Assembly: GCA_042852035.1 (NCBI GenBank)
Contig: BAAFHK010000001.1
Coordinates: 390,001 to 422,000 of the forward strand
DNA length: 32,000 nt
From: Candidatus Saccharimonadota bacterium
GTDB lineage: Bacteria > Patescibacteriota > Gracilibacteria > BD1-5 > UBA2023
Direction: 5' to 3'
Shown here in pieces: positions 10,454 to 20,930 of the stretch (its first letter is position 1; the number at the start of each line of letters is the position of its first letter). The translations under genes were made by a program, and so were the position numbers. The notes beneath the pieces are model-generated. The model saw only the letters and a program-made list of their open reading frames with translations, was not told the DNA's origin and searched no databases.

Positions 10454-11761
10454 TTATATTGACTTCTTTTTATGTGCAGCAAGGAAAGTTATAATAAGAA
10501 GGAGCACCTGTGTAACAAGGGTTACCCATGCTGATCAGATGAAACTATACCTTGGTATAAAGATGATATTTCAGGCAATATTTGTAAGTGCTACAAAAGC
10601 ATTAATATACATCATCTTTCGTTGCTCTCATTTTGAGATAAGTATATAAGTGTAGAGAGATGAGATAAAATACACTAAAAATATCCAAGCAACAATCTTG
10701 AGTGCATCCACCGAACTGTATCAGAGAAGCTTTGTTGATACAAATGCTTCCGTTGAGATTATTTTTATAATAGCTTCAGCACCAAAATAGAGGATACAAG
10801 CTCATATGAGTCATCAGAATGAAAGAAGCATAAGAGCATGTCTTGATATTTTGCGAAATTTCGCAGTATCTCATTTTTCATGTGCAGAAGTCAGTACGGG
10901 GAGGAGGGAATTGAGAAAAATTGTTCCATACATCATACCAACTTCAACAAGCTTCATCGGAAGTCCATAGAGGGCTACGGCCGTGTCTGCAATTTCTCTT
11001 GTCTCAAGTACTGAGAGAAGGATGGTATCGACTTTAAAAAATATCACATTAAGAAAAAGGGCAATTCCGTATGGGAGAGAAAGCTTAATAATTTCACGAA
11101 TATATTTTTTATCCCAGTGAAAAGTTATCTTTATAAATCTCCCTGTATACCACCATGTGAGACACATCATAAGAATATTTCCTGCAAGTCAGGCAAGCAT
11201 CACGAGTCAAAATTTTACTTCATCCATACTCCCATCTACCGCAGGATAGAGGACTCCTGCGAAGAGGAATACGAGACCGAAGGTAAGGAGCTTTCCGCTT
11301 GTATTCGCTACGAGAGTAAATTCAGTTCTGAGAGTTGCCTGAAGATAACTCATAAGTGAACTATTGACGAGTCATGCGAGCACGAAGAGTGAGGCAAGCG
11401 CTATGCCGATATAGGCACTTGGAGTATCATATCATGAGAGAAATGGTGCGATAGCAAGGGAGAGAAATATAATTATCCCTCCTGAAAGCGTCCTAAGCGA
11501 GAGAACATTTCATGATATTTTTTTTATCATTTCTCTATCATCTTCATACTTGGTAAGCTCTCGTACTGTTATCGTATAGAGTCCGAGATCAGCGATAACA
11601 GCAAAGATAGAAAGATAGTTATAGATTTTTGTATAGAGCCCATATCAGGCAACATCGAGGTAATTCGTAATGATTTTTATCATCACGATAGAGATGAGCG
11701 CGGTGAGTACTTTTGACCCAATTTGTGCTATGGTGTTGGTATATATTTTCTTCGTTGGCAT
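10454..11761 (-). CDS. MOP-superfamily flippase (Wzx / MurJ / polysaccharide-biosynthesis-protein family)
   Basis: ATG at 11761. The N-terminus is MPTKKIYTNTIAQIGSKVLTALISIVMIKIITNYL. The protein is hydrophobic throughout. The frame runs through about 16 TGA codons to TAA 10454-10456 (435 aa). The family call rests on the N-terminal motif and the topology pattern. Confidence 0.6.
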
Positions 11762-11857
11762 GATGGAAGTATAGAGAAAAGGAGGGGAGAGTCAAAATCG
11801 AGAAAAAGATATTGGATATTAAAAAGTACTGAATATACTGAATTAAACTACTTAAAT

Positions 11858-12439
11858 ATGGATATAATTAATATTCTTGCTGGTATAATTTGAGGTTCAT
11901 TAGCAACAACAATTATAAATCATTTTTTGAATCGAAGTAATACAATTGCAGATAGAAATTATTTATTCTTAAAAGAAAAATTTTTTAAGTACCAAACAAT
12001 TTCAGAAAAACTTATTCAAAAACTAATATTAGTAGATAATCACAGAGAGACATTAATTAAATATGTACAAAATTCCCAAATCGAATCAGTTTCAAAATGA
12101 TCAAAATTTATTAATCTTACTGATTCTTTCAATAAGGATTTATTTGAACAAAATCAACATGAAATTGCAACAATAATATTTATTTATTTCCCTGAAATAA
12201 TTGAGGATTGGAACAAGTGTCTTGATCTAATGGAAAAGCTTTATTGAACAGCATTAATCATTCCATTTAGCAAACAACACTGAATAGATATAGATTGGAA
12301 AAAATTAATTGATGACTTTAATGAAATTAACATCAAAATTTGAGATTTACCTAACAAAATCTCTACTAAAATTAAAGATGAAGTTAAAGATCTAGAAACT
12401 GAAATAAGTAATCAAAAATCTAAATTTAAATTTTTATAA
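11858..12439 (+). CDS. Hypothetical protein with one N-terminal TM helix and a helical, Lys/Glu-rich remainder. The gene is very AT-rich.
   Basis: It runs from ATG 11858 to TAA 12437-12439 (193 aa) with 5 in-frame TGA codons. The N-terminus is MDIINILAGII-G-GSLATTIINHF. The stop overlaps the polA ATG (TAATG). I recognise no motif. Confidence 0.5.
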
Positions 12440-13857
12440 TGCCCACCTTCCACGACATCCGTATAGCTTCCGGTCTCACGAACTCTCTATCAAGAGGAAC
12501 TTTTGCTGAATTTATGGAGCGCGAAACGACCTATGCTTGGGATGGGAGTCTTGAATGAAAGATTGCTCTTATGAAAGAGTATAGCGAAAAGGAACTCTCC
12601 GAAAGAGAGCAGGCTATCCTCGAAGTCGAATCAAGACTCATCCCAATTCTTGCTGATATGGAGATGAAAGGGGTAGTCCTCGATACAAAAAAACTCGAAG
12701 AAATTGGAGTAAGAATAACAACTGATATAAAGGCAGCCGAGATAGAAATTTATGAAGTTATCGGTGAATTCTTCAATATTAATTCACCAAAACAAGTTGC
12801 TGAAGTCCTATTCGGAAAACTTGGCATCAAACCTACTAAGAAGAATAAAACGGGCTACTCTGTCGATAATGAAGTCCTCGAAGAAATCGCAAAAGAGTAC
12901 AATGTAGCAAGGCTTATCCTCGAATATCGGTCTCTTTCAAAACTCCAATCAACCTACGTTGATGCTCTCCTAAAAGCGGCTGATAAAAAAACTCATCGAG
13001 TTCATACAACTTATGGCCAACTTGGTGCTGCCACAGGGCGTATGAATTCCAATGATCCGAATCTACAAAATATCCCGACAGGGAGTGGTTACGCAGATGA
13101 GATTAAATCCTGTTTTATCCCAACGGATAGAAATATTTTTCTTGTAGCAGATTATTCTCAGATTGAAATCCGAGTCCTTGCATGGCTCTCACAAGATCGA
13201 GCGCTTCTTGAGGCATTTGAGAAAGAAGAAGATATCCATGCTCGTACGGCACGATTTCTTTTTCCAGATATAGCAGAGATTTCGAGCGAACAACGCAGAA
13301 TAGCTAAGACCGTAAACTTCGGTGTTATCTATGGAATTACAGGATTTGGTCTTGCAAAAACCCTTGGAGCACCACCATGGGAAGCAACGAAATATATCGA
13401 AGCATTTTACGAGAAGTATCCAGGAGTAAAAAACTACTATGAGACAATTCTTGAAGAGGGGAGAGCACTCTGATATGTTGAAACAGCATTTGGTCGTAGG
13501 CGTTATATCCCATGACTCAATGACGCAAACAAAATGGCGCGCTCTATCGCTGAACGAGAAGCTATCAATATGCCGATACAGGGTACTGCCGCAGATATGC
13601 TTAAAATAGCAATGATTGATATAGATGCAAAGATTCGCGAAAAAAACCTTAAAGGCTCTATGATACTCCAAGTCCATGATGAACTTGTTTTCGATATTCC
13701 AGAGGGTGAAGGTGAAATTTGGGAACAAATGATACAAGACTGCATGGAAAACGTACTCAACAATCACGATACAAAACATGGTATGCTTGGTGATGCTCTC
13801 CCTCCAATTCGTGTTGATATCCATAGGGGAAGAAATTGGGTTGAAGCAAAAGGATAA
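12439..13857 (+). CDS. polA: Family A DNA polymerase (Pol I) with the polymerase domain only; no 5'-nuclease domain and no complete 3'-5' exonuclease domain
   Basis: ATG 12439 is in frame with track ORFs 12571-13473 and 13534-13857. Motifs are DYSQIEIRVLA (motif A), RRIAKTVNFGVIYG (motif B), EEGRAL-G-YVETAFGRRRYIP-G-L, NMPIQGTAADM and LQVHDELVF (motif C). Length 472 aa, against about 900 aa for canonical Pol I. Confidence 0.85.
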
Positions 13858-13898
13858 TTCAGTCTTGCAATTAGCCCCAGTTTTCCTATACTAGTACT

Positions 13899-14177
13899 AT
13901 GATATGGCTCCCTCTCATTAGCTTGATTTTTCTTATTCTTATCTACCGAGTACATCGGTGAGTTTTTTGGATGGTATCAATTTTTGAGATAACCCTGTAT
14001 ACCTTTTGAATGATTTATATAGAAGATAACTTGAGGATTTTTGGTAACCAACTTCTTTATTCTCTTGCTCTTACTGGAGCATGACTCGTTCTTTGAGTGG
14101 CAGGATTTTTTATTGCCATTAGTATCAACCATAGACACCTCTATGATGAGCTTGATAATAATAGTGAAAAAGCTTAA
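13899..14177 (+). CDS. Small hypothetical membrane protein (92 aa)
   Basis: It runs from ATG 13899 to TAA 14175-14177 through 4 TGA codons. It has hydrophobic stretches (MIWLPLISLIFLILIY, LLYSLALT-G-A-G-LVL-G-VAGFFIAISI). There is no homology evidence. Confidence 0.4.
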
Positions 14178-14200
14178 AACCCTCACATCACTTCTCCTTC

Positions 14201-14992
14201 ATGAATAACTTCGACAATCTCTTCTTTCGGGCCTACACATGAGCTGATAGTGAAATCAGGGAAGTTTTTCATCGTCATTATTTTATAATAATAGAAGATA
14301 TTGTTGTATGGGTCTTTTTTGGAATAGTTGTTCCGTGATTTCTCTATAGTCAAGATATTTTTTCGATACGATCCTCTATAACACCTATTTACTCGTATTT
14401 TTACATGACTTTCATGTACCTGATCCTCATGTATAAGCTTTTTGATTGGTATGTAGACACTTGGATTATGACAGAGTCTATGATTGTCTCGATGCGATGG
14501 AAGTGGTTCTCTTCAGATATTCTCTATATTCCTTATAAAAAAATCGAAGGCATAGAAATACGAACACAATCTTGGTGGGCAGCACTTCTTGGTATGTCTG
14601 ACGTAGTCGTAAAACTTGCATGAGACGATGAATTTATGCTCTCAAGTGCTGACCGATCATCCAATATTGTTGCATTTCTCCAGGACGTCGGGAAATGAAA
14701 AAAATGACATAAAGCTGATGATAGGGAACCATTCGAGATTCTTGTTGAGTCACTCTCTTCGGTTGTAAAAGGTCATCTTGCTACAAATGGTCGAGATTAC
14801 ATAACAAAGGACTATCTGAATAAGCTCGATGAAACTCTCGTACATGGAATTCCAATAGATCTCAGATCACAAGAAGAAAAAGAGCAAGTAAAAACTTGGA
14901 AGGAGAGAATCCTAACTCATGGAGAAGCTGACGGACATGATTGACATGAAGATTCTCACAGTGAAGAAGAAGATCATCATTGACACCACTAA
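14201..14992 (+). CDS. Membrane protein with a bacterial PH (bPH_2 / YdbS-YdbT-like) domain and a His/Asp/Glu-rich C-terminal tail
   Basis: It runs from ATG 14201 to TAA 14990-14992 (263 aa). Two TM helices are followed by DWYVDTWIMTESMIVSMRWKWFSSDILYIPYKKIEGIEIRTQSWWAALLGMSDVVVKLA, a pattern typical of the membrane-flanked bPH domain. The tail is HGEADGHD-G-HEDSHSEEEDHH-G-HH. Confidence 0.55.
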
Positions 14993-15050
14993 CTTTAAAG
15001 TTTGAGTCTTTGATACTTAATAAACTTTTTAACCTCTAACATTTTTATCT

Positions 15051-15362
15051 ATGGATACACCTGAAGTTATTCTCCATGCTGACGATACATTCTCTGAAGC
15101 AACTCGCGCATCTCTCTATGAATATATTGAGAAAGATCTCCACGGGAAGCTCGACAGCTATATTAAAAAGCATGAAAAACCAAATAGCCCAGTAAGAGTG
15201 GAACTTACAGTAAAACATGCAAAAGAAAAAAGCTTTGATGGAAAGCTTGTGCTGACTGTCGGAAATGTGCAGTATCGTTCTGAAAGAGAAGGATTTAGAG
15301 ATCTTAAGGATCTCGTCCTTCACCTCTTTACTCACGTTAAAGAACAAATGGCAAAACAATAA
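15051..15362 (+). CDS. hpf: Ribosome hibernation promoting factor / RaiA (S30AE) family, short form
   Basis: This is an intact 103-aa ORF with no TGA. The pattern ...VRVELTVKHAKEKSFDGKLVLTVGNVQYRSEREGFRDLKDLVLHLFTHVKEQMAK matches the beta-alpha-beta-beta-beta-alpha HPF/YfiA layout. Confidence 0.65.
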   Translation: MDTPEVILHADDTFSEATRASLYEYIEKDLHGKLDSYIKKHEKPNSPVRVELTVKHAKEKSFDGKLVLTVGNVQYRSEREGFRDLKDLVLHLFTHVKEQMAKQ

Positions 15363-15416
15363 GCGTTAGAAATGGAGGGGTAACTCCTCTCCTTTCTAAT
15401 TCTTATTTCGATACTT

Positions 15417-16595
15417 GTGGCTATTCTTTTTTGAATCTTACTGACTCTTGTTATCTTAACTGTTGTTGTCTTTATCCATGAGATGGGACATTTTCTTGCT
15501 GCTCGATCTACGAAGATGAGAGTTGAAGAATTTGGGATTTGAATCCCTCCGAGAGCAAAAAAAATATATACCGATAAAAAATGAACTACCTATACACTCA
15601 ACTGGCTCCCAATAGGGGGCTTCGTAAGAATTCATGGGGAAGATGGCAGCTCAGAGGAAGCAAATGATACTGATTCATTTTCTCGGAAAAAGTGGTGGGC
15701 CAGAGTATTTGTACTCATAGCGTGAGTTACGATGAATTTTTTTCTTGCCTGGTTTATTTTTACTCTTCTTCTTTGGAAGGGTTCATCACCTCTTGCTGCG
15801 AATTATCTCATATCAAAAAATTATGGATCATATTTTCTTCCCTCAATAGAGGAATCTATTCAATCTTGATACATAAAGCATCAAGGCATTATTCTTGACC
15901 CAATAAGTTGATGACCTGCGGATTGAGCATGAATCGAAAAATGAGATATTCTTAGGAAGATTGATAATACGCCTGTATATACCATTGACCAAGTTATGAA
16001 AAATATAGAAAGTGGTAACTCCATGTCATTTACCCTTCTTCGCTCATCGACTCAGACCGAGTATCAGGTAGAAATTACACCAATGAATAAAAAAATTAAA
16101 TCCTACCTTCGTTACGATAATATCAAAATAAATACACAATATCAGGAAAATTTTGCCTTCAGCACCTCCCTGAAGAAGGGACTTACTGAAACCATTACTC
16201 TATCGAGAGTCACCTTTGATTTTTTATGAAAAACTCTTCATGATCTTATTCGTCCGAATAAGCCAGAGGATAGAGAAATTGCCAAAGAGATGATATCTTG
16301 ACCAATTGGTATGGGAGCAGGCATGGTAGAACTCGTAAAAATATGAGTCAGCTTTGAAACAGTATTTCTTATGATGGCATTTCTCTCCCTAAATCTTTGA
16401 GTTCTGAATATTCTTCCATTTCCAGCACTCGATGGCTGAAGAATAGTCTCAACGACAATAATTTCATGTATATGATGGTTTACCCAAAGGAAAGCCCTTC
16501 TGAAAAAAGTGGAACAATCCATCCACGCATTAGGGATGATTCTTCTTATCGTACTCTCACTTTTAATTGCTTTTCACGATATCTTTAAGCTATAA
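15417..16595 (+). CDS. rseP: RseP/RasP-type site-2 intramembrane zinc metalloprotease (M50) with a PDZ domain
   Basis: Motifs are FIHEMGHFLAAR (HExxH), LNWLPIGGFVRIHGED, the PDZ stretch DPIS-GG-PAD-G-A-G-IEK-G-DILRKIDNTPV, and NILPFPALD-GG-RIV. Stop is TAA 16593-16595. The start is uncertain: there is no ATG, so I placed it at GTG 15417, and ATT 15399 is an alternative. Confidence 0.85.
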
Positions 16596-16597
16596 AT

Positions 16598-16801
16598 ATG
16601 CCACTCTTTTCACTTACCTCCATTTTCTTCGGAATAATAATCATTCTCAATCCAGATTTTATTGCCTATATAATAGGATTTCTCTTTATATTTCTATGAG
16701 CCAATTCACTCATATATTTCATAGCCATGAAGCGACTAATGAATAGTGGAAGCGGTAAGTCTTGGATATTTTGAAACTATGAAATTATTAAGAAGAAGTA
16801 G
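16598..16801 (+). CDS. Small two-TM membrane protein, DUF3096-like (67 aa)
   Basis: The ATG at 16598 lies 2 nt after the rseP stop. Stop is TAG 16799-16801. The sequence is MPLFSLTSIFFGIIIILNPDFIAYIIGFLFIFL-G-ANSLIYFIAMK. Confidence 0.5.
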
Positions 16802-16803
16802 GT

Positions 16804-17670
16804 ATGATTATAATAAAGCTATTTCTCATACTACTATTTCTCTCTTTCCCCATTTTACTTTGGGGATATTGAACGCTTTATTTATCAAAAAATGTATGGA
16901 ATAAAAACCGATTCTTATTTGGCATGCTCTGATGAAGCATTGCCGTAGCAATAATATCATTTTTTGGGAAAGAAAGCATCTCATGATGAAATACTCTTCA
17001 AATAATCTCTTTTGTTGGTATTTTTTTTATTATATGAGTCCTTGTTTGGTGGGCTACAAGAAAATGATCGCCTTTTATTCGAGGATTTCTTAGAAAAGCA
17101 ATTCTCCTTCATAGTGGTATTTTTTGTTTCATCTTCATCATAAGTATACTACTGAGTAACTTTTTTGAAGTATCACATTCACTTATGGTGCTCCTTTCAG
17201 GAGTTGGAAGTGTACTTATTGCTGCCTCCTTAGAAGAATGAGTGAAACATATTTCGACACTTTGACTCACTGCAAAAGAGTTTCGATTTACTCGAAGAGA
17301 TTTTCTGCTTTTTACATTTTTTGTAACCCTATGATTTGCCACTTCTGAGAATGCAATATATCTTTTTCAAAACATGAATCTTTCAGTATGGTCGATTGCA
17401 TTTATCTGAATTTCAAGAATCCTTTTTTCTCTCACTCTCCATGTTTTTGCAGCCTCTATATGCGTAATGATGTGGTGGAAGGCTCTTTCGTATAAATTTA
17501 TGTCATTTGAATATATACTCTTATTTCTTGCTTGATATATAACCGCAATACTTATACATGGTACGTTTAATATTTTTCTCGAGAGATCATACGTACTCCC
17601 TCTTGTTTTATTGACGTGATTTTGATATTTTTCCTTTACTCAATGGATTCTCGATGAGAATGAAAAGTAA
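16804..17670 (+). CDS. PrsW-family intramembrane metalloprotease-like protein
   Basis: The ATG at 16804 lies 2 nt after the previous stop. Length 288 aa, polytopic. Family-type motifs are SLEE-G-VKH (EExxK), ATSENAIY, SLTLHVFAAS and IHGTFNIF (HxxxN). Stop is TAA 17668-17670. Confidence 0.6.
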
Positions 17671-18079
17671 ACCTTCTTTGCGTATCACTGAGTTTTTCAA
17701 TATTTACCTCAAGTGTTGGCTTATACTCAGAAGAAATTACATCTGGCCATTCTATTAGGCAAATAGTTGATGGATTATCGAAAATATCTGAACCTCAAAT
17801 AAGAAAAAAGTCATTGATTGATTCGAGTCGGTAGAGATCAAAGTGATAAATATTCTCACCATACTTCTCAAAATAAGTATAGGTAGGCGATCGAACTACT
17901 AGTGTAGGATTTCAAAAATGCTCACGCAAAAGAGTACGAATGAAAGTACTTTTTCATGATCCAAGGTCTCATCGAAAGTAGACTCGATTTCATTTTAATA
18001 ATGGGAAAGTATATTTTATTATTTCGTCTTCTCTAAGAATAATTCATATGTCAAGGGGAAAATTGGTAGCTTCTTGCAT
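17636..18079 (-). CDS. tsaE: tRNA t6A37 biosynthesis ATPase TsaE (YjeE)
   Basis: The Walker A loop is FR-G-DLGS-G-KSTFIR, with two TGA codons at the glycines. SPTYTY...YHFDLYRL...LIEWP follows. Length 147 aa. The stop TAA 17636-17638 lies 35 nt inside the convergent prsW-like gene. Confidence 0.85.
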
Positions 18080-18127
18080 TGGGAGGAACGTTATGATATG
18101 CTCGATATTGTATATTAATTTCAACTT

Positions 18128-18607
18128 ATGCAAGAGTGAACACTCCCTACTCTGGTACCAAAAACCAGTAAAACTCCATTTTATGGATCAATATTTGTTG
18201 CTGCGGGAATCATAGTTGCGACTATTGGGCTCCTCATAATAAACTCAAGCCTCTCTCAGGATGCTGAAAATCTGTCGAGAGAAATAGCTCAAAAAAAATG
18301 AGAAATCAGCGAAGTTGCAAAGGATAGAAATGTCGTTGTAACAAGGATACTTCAGACCCACACCGTTCAACCTACTCTCAATCTTAGGTGAATAATCGCA
18401 AACTTCCGTGATGTAGCAGCTAAGGCCAATGTTCGACTTAAGGGCTTCAATATAACAAATGACGTCATTACGACATCTCTGATTGCAACAGAAGGAAACC
18501 CAAATATTCATCCAGATCCAGCAAGTACTATCGTAACAATGATGCGAGCATATATGGCTGAGAATGGTGATGGCAAATTTACCCTTGATCCTATACGAGT
18601 TATTAAC
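18128..18607 (+). CDS. PilN-like type IV pilus assembly protein (bitopic: TM helix plus coiled coil)
   Basis: It runs from ATG 18128 to TAA 18605-18607 (159 aa); I checked every codon. The TM helix is FYGSIFVAAGIIVATIGLLII, followed by a helical region. It is the first gene of the pilus operon. The call rests on architecture and context only. Confidence 0.45.
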
Positions 18608-18680
18608 GGTGATTCAAAATCACGTAATACCTCTATTTCACTAAGAATCGTCCCTACGTCTATAAAATAACTTTTATTGT

Positions 18681-19280
18681 ATGATTACTAGCGCCACTCT
18701 TCCAAAGAAAGATATATCTGCCCTGACTAAGAATCGCATTTTTGCACCCGTAATTCTCGGTATTTTTATCTTTGTCGGAATACTCTTTACTCGACCCCTT
18801 TATGTTGAATATGTAAATTCGAAAGCGAATATCATGAAGCTTGAATCGAATTTAGATGCACTCAATAATGAATATGAATCGCTTCTTACTGTAAAAAATA
18901 GTACCGATAATGGATCATGAGACCTTCTTACAAAAAAAATACTTGAAAAATTTGATCGAGCTGGAATAATCTCAGTAGTCATGTTCAATGAATTTACAAA
19001 GGAAGATTTTTGAGACAATCCTAAAATTTCAATCGGTTGAATCTCACTTACTGATCCTTCAAGACTCCCAAATGGACTTTCTCAATCAACCATTAGTATA
19101 GCAATTCAATGAAGAACTATCGATGAAATTGTAGACTATATCAGCTATATTACGACTCAAACTCAATACGCTTTTACTCTTGGTGATATTTCTCTTCCTA
19201 TAGATACCGATCCTGAATGAAATCTTCCAGATGGATATAGTATGAGTCTTACATTTTGAATCTATACATTTGAAAGCTAG
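18681..19280 (+). CDS. PilO-like type IV pilus assembly protein (bitopic)
   Basis: It runs from ATG 18681 to TAG 19278-19280 (199 aa). The TM helix is IFAPVILGIFIFVGILF. A coiled-coil segment follows (VNSKANIMKLESNLDALNNEYESLL), then a C-terminal globular part. The call rests on architecture and context only. Confidence 0.45.
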
Positions 19281-19309
19281 TCCTTTTGCGTCCTATAATT
19301 CCAAAAATT

Positions 19310-20371
19310 ATGTTTTTTTCACGAATTTCCATCAAAGATAAGGCTCTATTTTATGAAAATATTGCAAATCTTCTTGAGTGAGGAGTAACCCTAACTATAG
19401 CACTCAAGTGACTCAGAGATCGTCTTCCTCTTGGGAAACTTAAAGAAGCGATAGATCATCTTGTATTTTTTATAGAAAGTTGAGATTCGGTCAATGTATC
19501 GATGCGAAAATTGCCAAATTTCTTCGATGAACAGGAAATAGCGATTGTTGAAAGCTGAGAACAAACTGGTATGCTACAGGCATCATTTTTTGAAATTGCC
19601 AATGACCTTCGAGGGCAGGAAGAATTAAGAAACAAAATTACAAGTGCTATGACTTATCCTGTAATTATACTTTTCTTCCTCGTGCTCGCTGTCATGGTCG
19701 TTATGGTTTATGTTGTTCCACAGCTTGTGCCAATCATTACAAGCATGTCGACAGAACTTCCATTTATGACAAAGGCTCTCGTCAATACAAGTAAATTTCT
19801 CAAGGAGAACATCATAACTCTTCTCCTCTCATGATTCTGAATCTCTCTTATTATATTCGGATATCTAAGCTCTGAGGTTGGAGCATATCAGTGGGATAAA
19901 CAAAAAATTCTTCTCCCGATAGTGTGACCAGTATATAAGAACTACCTCATAGTTCGCACCATGTCAACATTTCATCTTCTTTCCAGCGCATGAGTAAGTA
20001 TTGTTAAATCCCTTAGACTTACGGGGGAGAGCTCATGAAATATAGTTGTAAAAAAGATTTATGCTGCCGTTTCAGAAGATATCGCTAGCTGACAGAAAAT
20101 TTCAACATCAATGGCAAGTCATGATGCTGAGCAGAGCTTCTTTAGTTTAGATATTCTGCAGATGATTGAAGGAGCTGAAAGAACTTCAACTATTGGCGCT
20201 GTTGCAAAAAAGATTTCTACTCAATATAAACGCGAAGTTGATTTTGCCCTTGCAAATATGGTTAAGTATATTGAACCGATAGCACTTCTCTTGGCTGGTA
20301 TTTTTGTACTTTGGTTTGCTATAGCAATTTTTTGAGCTATTATGCAAATTGTCGGTATTGCTTGACAATAA
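19310..20371 (+). CDS. pilC: Type IV pilus / type II secretion platform protein (PilC/GspF family)
   Basis: Length 353 aa, with a two-fold internal repeat of the T2SSF type: ALFYENIANLLE-GG-VTLTIAL ... IVES-G-EQTGML, then TFHLLSSA-G-VSIVKSL ... MIEGAERTS. There are three hydrophobic segments. Stop is TAA 20369-20371. Confidence 0.8.
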
Positions 20372-20374
20372 AAT

Positions 20375-20929
20375 ATGAATCTCTATCGGGGACATAAAAA
20401 CCAAAACGGTTTTACACTCGTTGAAATGATGATTGCGATTTCAATTATCGTTATTCTCACTTCGATTGCATTTATTCCATTTTCATACTATTTAGAAAGA
20501 GCAAAAGTAGAAAAAAATGCGGACACATTAGGCCAGGAATGGCTCATACTTCATGAAGATATCCGAAACTGACTTGTATACGATTCTACCGATCCGCTTT
20601 CACAACACGCACATCTATTTGCTACATTAAAAAAGGACAATGATTATATCGATATCGAGGTCTCAACAGGCTCCCTGACCTCAAAAAAGTTTTATAAACG
20701 AATTGATCTTGAAAAACCTATAAAAATTCTTGCATTTTCTTGAAGCGCTGACGGTGCTAATACGATAATATATCATCTTGTTCCGCCACACGCTACCGGT
20801 GCTTATATCATTGATGCGAATCCAGAAATAGCCATCTCTACATGAATTATTGTAGAAATTTGATATACTGAGGCTACGCTTTCATCATGAAGAGCTCGAC
20901 AGATTCTCTTAAGACCTCGATATAATTAA
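20375..20929 (+). CDS. Prepilin-type protein (candidate major pilin)
   Basis: The N-terminal cleavage/methylation motif is KNQNG-FTLVEMMIAISIIVILTSIAF. Length 184 aa, stop TAA 20927-20929. Confidence 0.75.
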
Positions 20930-20930
20930 A

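Noticed and set aside
10410-10649. 79-aa plus-strand ORF
   Set aside because: Under table 25 the flippase gene on the opposite strand continues through this interval to TAA 10454-10456, keeping a hydrophobic membrane-protein character. The plus-strand ORF is a shadow.
13189-13824. 211-aa ORF on the minus strand from the track
   Set aside because: It is entirely antisense to the well-supported polA polymerase domain. Its sequence is Cys/Phe/Ile-rich with no motif. This is a typical shadow ORF.
18599-18665. Possible frameshift at a TTT run at the end of the PilN-like gene. A different frame stays open from 18603 to 18665, close to the next gene's start.
   Set aside because: The extension is only 20 codons, with no conserved motif to support it. 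The annotated stop gives a reasonable 159-aa protein. It is worth a look at read level only if homologues are longer.
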